Source: Flavobacteriales bacterium (lineage in GTDB: Bacteria; Bacteroidota; Bacteroidia; Flavobacteriales_F; PHOS-HE28). Taken from it: a stretch of 64,000 nt of DNA. This document shows positions 61,301 through 64,000 of this stretch, piece by piece (the stretch's first letter is position 1; the number at the start of each line of letters is the position of its first letter). Where the stretch lies: the NCBI GenBank assembly GCA_035325445.1, contig DAOKZW010000006.1:23776-87775 (forward strand), given 5' to 3'. The notes beneath the pieces are model-generated. The model was not told the origin of the DNA. It saw nothing but the letters and a program-made list of their open reading frames with translations, and did no database searches. The translations under genes were made by a program, and so were the position numbers.

Positions 61301-62925
61301 CGGTGCTGATCGCCAGCTCCCCGTTCGGATGCAGCGATACGGCCACGGCCGCGGTGCTCGTGCATCCCGCGCCCATCGCCCAAGTGACCGCCTCCTCGGC
61401 AACCGGCTGTGCGCCTTCCCCCATCACTTTCCATGACCTCTCCATCGGGGCGGCCACGCTGAACTGGCAATTCGGGGACGGCACCTTCCAGAACGGAGGT
61501 CCCGGCGACGTCACGCACATCTTCAACAATACCGGGACCGCGCCACAGCCCTACAACGTGCAACTGATCGCCACTTCCGCCTACGGATGCACGGACACCA
61601 CGACCACGCCCATCACCATCTATCCGCCCGTGCAGGCCCAATTCCAACTTCCCGCCGAGGCCTGCTCACCGGCACAGATCAACCTGATGGAGCAGAGCAC
61701 CGGCAGCATCCAGGCCATGTGGGACATGGGTGACGGCATCACCCTGGTGGGGACAAACGTGTCCCATACCTACCTGAACACGGGCAACACGGACGTGACC
61801 TATACCGTTACGCTCACCGCCACATCGGCCTACGGGTGCACCAGCACCATGTCGCACGACATCACGATCCATCCGTTGCCGAGCGCCTCCTTCCTGGCCA
61901 CGCCCTTCACCCAGCTCTTCCCGGACGCCACCGTGACCTTGGACAACACCACGCCGCCCGGCTCATGGGGCTACTCCTGGTCCTTCGGCGACGGCAGCAG
62001 CTCCACGGCGCAATCGCCCCTCCAGCACACCTATTCCACTTGGGGCAACTACACCATCACGCTGGTGGTGAGCACGGGCATCTGCGCGGATACCGCCACC
62101 CAACAGGTCAGCATTCTCCCCCCGCTGCCCACCGCCTCCTTCGTCGGCAGCGGCGAGGGTTGCGCACCGCTCACGGTCTCCTTCACCAACACCTCGCTCC
62201 TGGGCGCCGGCTACCAATGGCAATTCGGCGATGGTGCCACGAGCATCGCGGAGAATCCCGTGCATGAATACCACATCCCCGGCACCTATACCGTCCAGCT
62301 CACCGTATTCGGGGTCAATGGCGGGGTGAACACGGCGATCAAGGTTGACTCCGTGGTGGTGCATCCCAGCGCCATGGCCTTCTTCACGCTGCAGCCCGAA
62401 CAGGTGGTTGCCCCCACGCAGCCCCTTTTCACCTACAACCTCAGCACCAACGCGAGCGGCTACATCTGGGATTTCGGCGACGGCACGTACAGCAACGAAA
62501 CCTCGCCCTTGCACTATTACCAGAACCCGGGCACGTATGATGTATCACTCATCGCCAACAACATGTGGAACTGCCCGGACACGTTCAGCGTACCCGGCGC
62601 AGTTTCGGCCATAGCTGGCGGGGAGATCATTTTCCCGAACGCCTTCACGCCGGGTAACACGGGGCCCTCGGACGGCGTATATGACCCCAATAGCATCGAG
62701 AACGACATCTTCCATCCGTTGAGCAAAGGCGTTGTGGATTACAAGCTGCAGATATTCAACCGTTGGGGCGAGCTGCTCTTCGAAACCCTTGATATCCACA
62801 AAGGTTGGGATGGCTACTACCGCGGCCAGCTGTCCAAGCAGGACGTATACGTGTGGAAAGCATACGCCCGGTTTGTTACGGGGGAGGAGAAACGCATGTC
62901 CGGAGACTTGACCTTATTGCGATGA
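58396..62925 (+). CDS. giant T9SS type-B sorting-domain protein with ~15 tandem PKD repeats
   Basis: Signal peptide. Roughly 15 iterations of W.FGDG(T) every ~85-90 aa. C-terminal IIFPNAFTPGNTGPSDGVYDP...NRWGELLF sorting domain. Confidence 0.85.
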   Translation: MLPRQLFRYFLPIAWAVLLGGPLHAQCPELFDSNGDPSPVPRWVSCSGGNFTLLIASPNPTGAYTIDWGDGTPPMSGASLVPPQTVTHVYPAAVATYTVTFTEITSGCVVTGTVIMEKSTSASIQIPIGGLTQACAPQSLDFINSSTNTSPNTVFHWNFGDGTGWTAYPYTNLGQTLTHMYMPGTVGCETTVRLRAENICNTLQGGPSIATFNPIRIWDLDSAEISPSATLLCWPDNQVTYLNTTRRNCYNQGNIYQRYEYWNFGDYWGTGQDSIIDWTPWPPTFPHTIAYPGIGSYDVMLLDSNYCGIDTTYVTINIVPPPSVAVNANPTPVCAGELVNFTQTTSGGANYFQWDFDEGNGFQWTNAGNQSHIFNTQGVYNVSYTASIQGATAGCADTATVAVTVLPSPTAQFTLDQDAACTSLTVQATNTSVNAVSYLWDFGDGTTSTLANPPPHTYSSIGAYTITLTAINSQGCHNTTTGTVHVYAVPSPVIGAQNVCEGSDAQFADLTITEPGNPVQGWYWDLGDGTASTDQAPTHTYAASGTYTVTLTVTTPYCSGTGSSTITVEPKPVAGLTASPVAGCSPMSVQFANTSTGATNYIWQFGDGGSDNATDPVHTYYNAGTTDTVYTARLIAGTTFGCHDTTSLAITVAPTVFAMFTHNAVPGCAPLAVDFTNNSTGATSYLWDFGDGTTSTDHSPSHTYINTSGVLQIMTMQLTVSNWAGCSSSTQQQIIVYPAPHFTFSAQPDSGCSPLTVTFPSVIGAISYQWNFGDGSTGSGPTPQHTYINSTGSTVHYPVSLVATNAFGCTDSTSGTITVFASPTAQFTVGATSGCHPLAATLTNQSQGASSYHWSYGDGQSSDTTALAHGHTWYNFIGPGSSSYPVTLTAYSTEGCSSTSSTTVGVHPWVNAAFVVDSAGCSPLTPHFVNLSTGATSYLWTFGDGSGSLSTNPSHTYSHNGLSDTFFHPVLIASSPFGCSDTATAAVLVHPAPIAQVTASSATGCAPSPITFHDLSIGAATLNWQFGDGTFQNGGPGDVTHIFNNTGTAPQPYNVQLIATSAYGCTDTTTTPITIYPPVQAQFQLPAEACSPAQINLMEQSTGSIQAMWDMGDGITLVGTNVSHTYLNTGNTDVTYTVTLTATSAYGCTSTMSHDITIHPLPSASFLATPFTQLFPDATVTLDNTTPPGSWGYSWSFGDGSSSTAQSPLQHTYSTWGNYTITLVVSTGICADTATQQVSILPPLPTASFVGSGEGCAPLTVSFTNTSLLGAGYQWQFGDGATSIAENPVHEYHIPGTYTVQLTVFGVNGGVNTAIKVDSVVVHPSAMAFFTLQPEQVVAPTQPLFTYNLSTNASGYIWDFGDGTYSNETSPLHYYQNPGTYDVSLIANNMWNCPDTFSVPGAVSAIAGGEIIFPNAFTPGNTGPSDGVYDPNSIENDIFHPLSKGVVDYKLQIFNRWGELLFETLDIHKGWDGYYRGQLSKQDVYVWKAYARFVTGEEKRMSGDLTLLR

Positions 62926-64000
62926 TGACACCACGCCAAATGCTTCTTGTGGCGCTGCTTCTGGCCCTGCCATTCGTTCCGGCCTCGGCCCAACGCGGGT
63001 ACAGCCGGGCCCAGTATAACATGCTGGACGAGGCCCGCACCCTGATGGAGGCCGGCCAGTGGAGCGACGCCTACAAGATCTACAAGCGCCTGCTCAATGC
63101 CGACACCACCTCGGCGGAGACCTACTACGGCATCGGCATGTGCGAGGCCAACATGCCCGACAAGCGGGCCATGGCGTCATCCCATTTCGAAATAGCTGTG
63201 CGCCACGGCCATCAGGAGGCCCTCTACCGGTTGGCGTTGGAACGTCACCGCCAGGAACGTTTCGGGGAGGAGCTGGCGCTGTTGGAACAGTATCGCAGCC
63301 GCAATGGGCGCGATATCCCCCGCGAGGAGATCGACCGCCAGATCGCCATGGCGCACACGGCCTCATCCCTGACGGCCGACCCCGTGCGGCTGAAGATCCG
63401 CAACCTGGGCCCGGCGGTGAACTCGCCCGCGCACGACTACTGCCCGGTGGTGACCGCCGACGGCAGCCGCATGTTCTTCACCAGCCGCCGTGCCGGCACC
63501 ATGGGTGCCCTGAAGGACGCAAGCGACCAATTCTACGAGGACATCTACGTGAGCGAGCAGCAAGGTGGTCAGTGGGGTGCCGCGCGGAACGTGGGGGCCC
63601 CGATCAACTCCATCATGCAGGACGCCACGGTGGGCCTGAGCCCTGACGGCAATGAGATGATCATCTACCGCGCCGGTACGGACAACCCCGCCGGCGAGCT
63701 GCTGATCAGCCAGCGCGCGCAAGGCATCTGGAGCACGCCCGCGCGGATGACGGACAAGATCAACAGCAAATACCACGAGCCCAGCGCGGCCATTTCGCCG
63801 GACGGTTCGGAGATCTACTTCACCAGCGACCGCCCCGGCGGTTTCGGCGGGCGCGACCTGTACCGCATCCGACGCCTGCCCAACGGGCAATGGAGCGAGC
63901 CCCTCAACCTGGGGCCCGAGATCAATACGCCGTACGACGAGGACGCCCCCTTCCTGCACAGCGACGGCACCACGCTCTTCTTCAGCAGCAACGGGCACAA
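62922..64000 (+). CDS. TPR + PD40 (TolB-like beta-propeller repeat) protein, 5' part only; continues beyond window
   Basis: Own translation from ATG 62922 (overlaps the upstream stop, ATGA). Signal MMTPRQMLLVALLLALPFVPASAQ. TPR-like helices, then repeated ...SPDG.E.YFTS.R.GG... PD40 motifs. No stop before 64000, so absent from the ORF track. Confidence 0.7.
   Translation, partial: MMTPRQMLLVALLLALPFVPASAQRGYSRAQYNMLDEARTLMEAGQWSDAYKIYKRLLNADTTSAETYYGIGMCEANMPDKRAMASSHFEIAVRHGHQEALYRLALERHRQERFGEELALLEQYRSRNGRDIPREEIDRQIAMAHTASSLTADPVRLKIRNLGPAVNSPAHDYCPVVTADGSRMFFTSRRAGTMGALKDASDQFYEDIYVSEQQGGQWGAARNVGAPINSIMQDATVGLSPDGNEMIIYRAGTDNPAGELLISQRAQGIWSTPARMTDKINSKYHEPSAAISPDGSEIYFTSDRPGGFGGRDLYRIRRLPNGQWSEPLNLGPEINTPYDEDAPFLHSDGTTLFFSSNGH

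Overview
High-GC (~65%) chromosomal segment typical of a T9SS-bearing Bacteroidota genome: T9SS type-B sorting-domain cargo proteins, choice-of-anchor-L domains, a GldE-like CNNM protein and no Shine-Dalgarno dependence. Most genes are housekeeping: miaB 3' end, sigma-54 activator, lptE-like, secG, groES/groEL, ggt, coaX, tRNA-Phe, gpmI, kbl, gatC, plsC, trpS, a menaquinone cluster (menF/D/A/C/E plus thioesterase), an AddAB-like helicase-nuclease pair, an M20 peptidase and a transhydrogenase-like flavoprotein. There are four large T9SS cargo genes, two of them tandem paralogues and one a ~1500-aa PKD array. Non-routine items are: (1) a translationally coupled operon ECF sigma -> anti-sigma -> Sec-exported TPR-CHAT (caspase-like) protease; (2) a ~1.9-kb islet splitting the men operon, carrying a VapBC pair, a RelE/ParE remnant and a ~35%-GC membrane-protein gene of unknown function; (3) an MbnP-like protein coupled to two tandem diheme cytochrome c peroxidases; (4) a thioredoxin-fold DUF255 protein coupled to a small periplasmic YD-repeat protein. 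Eleven ATGA start/stop overlaps were verified in sequence. No CRISPR array, rRNA or integrase was found. All domain and product calls come from reading motifs in the supplied translations, not from database searches.
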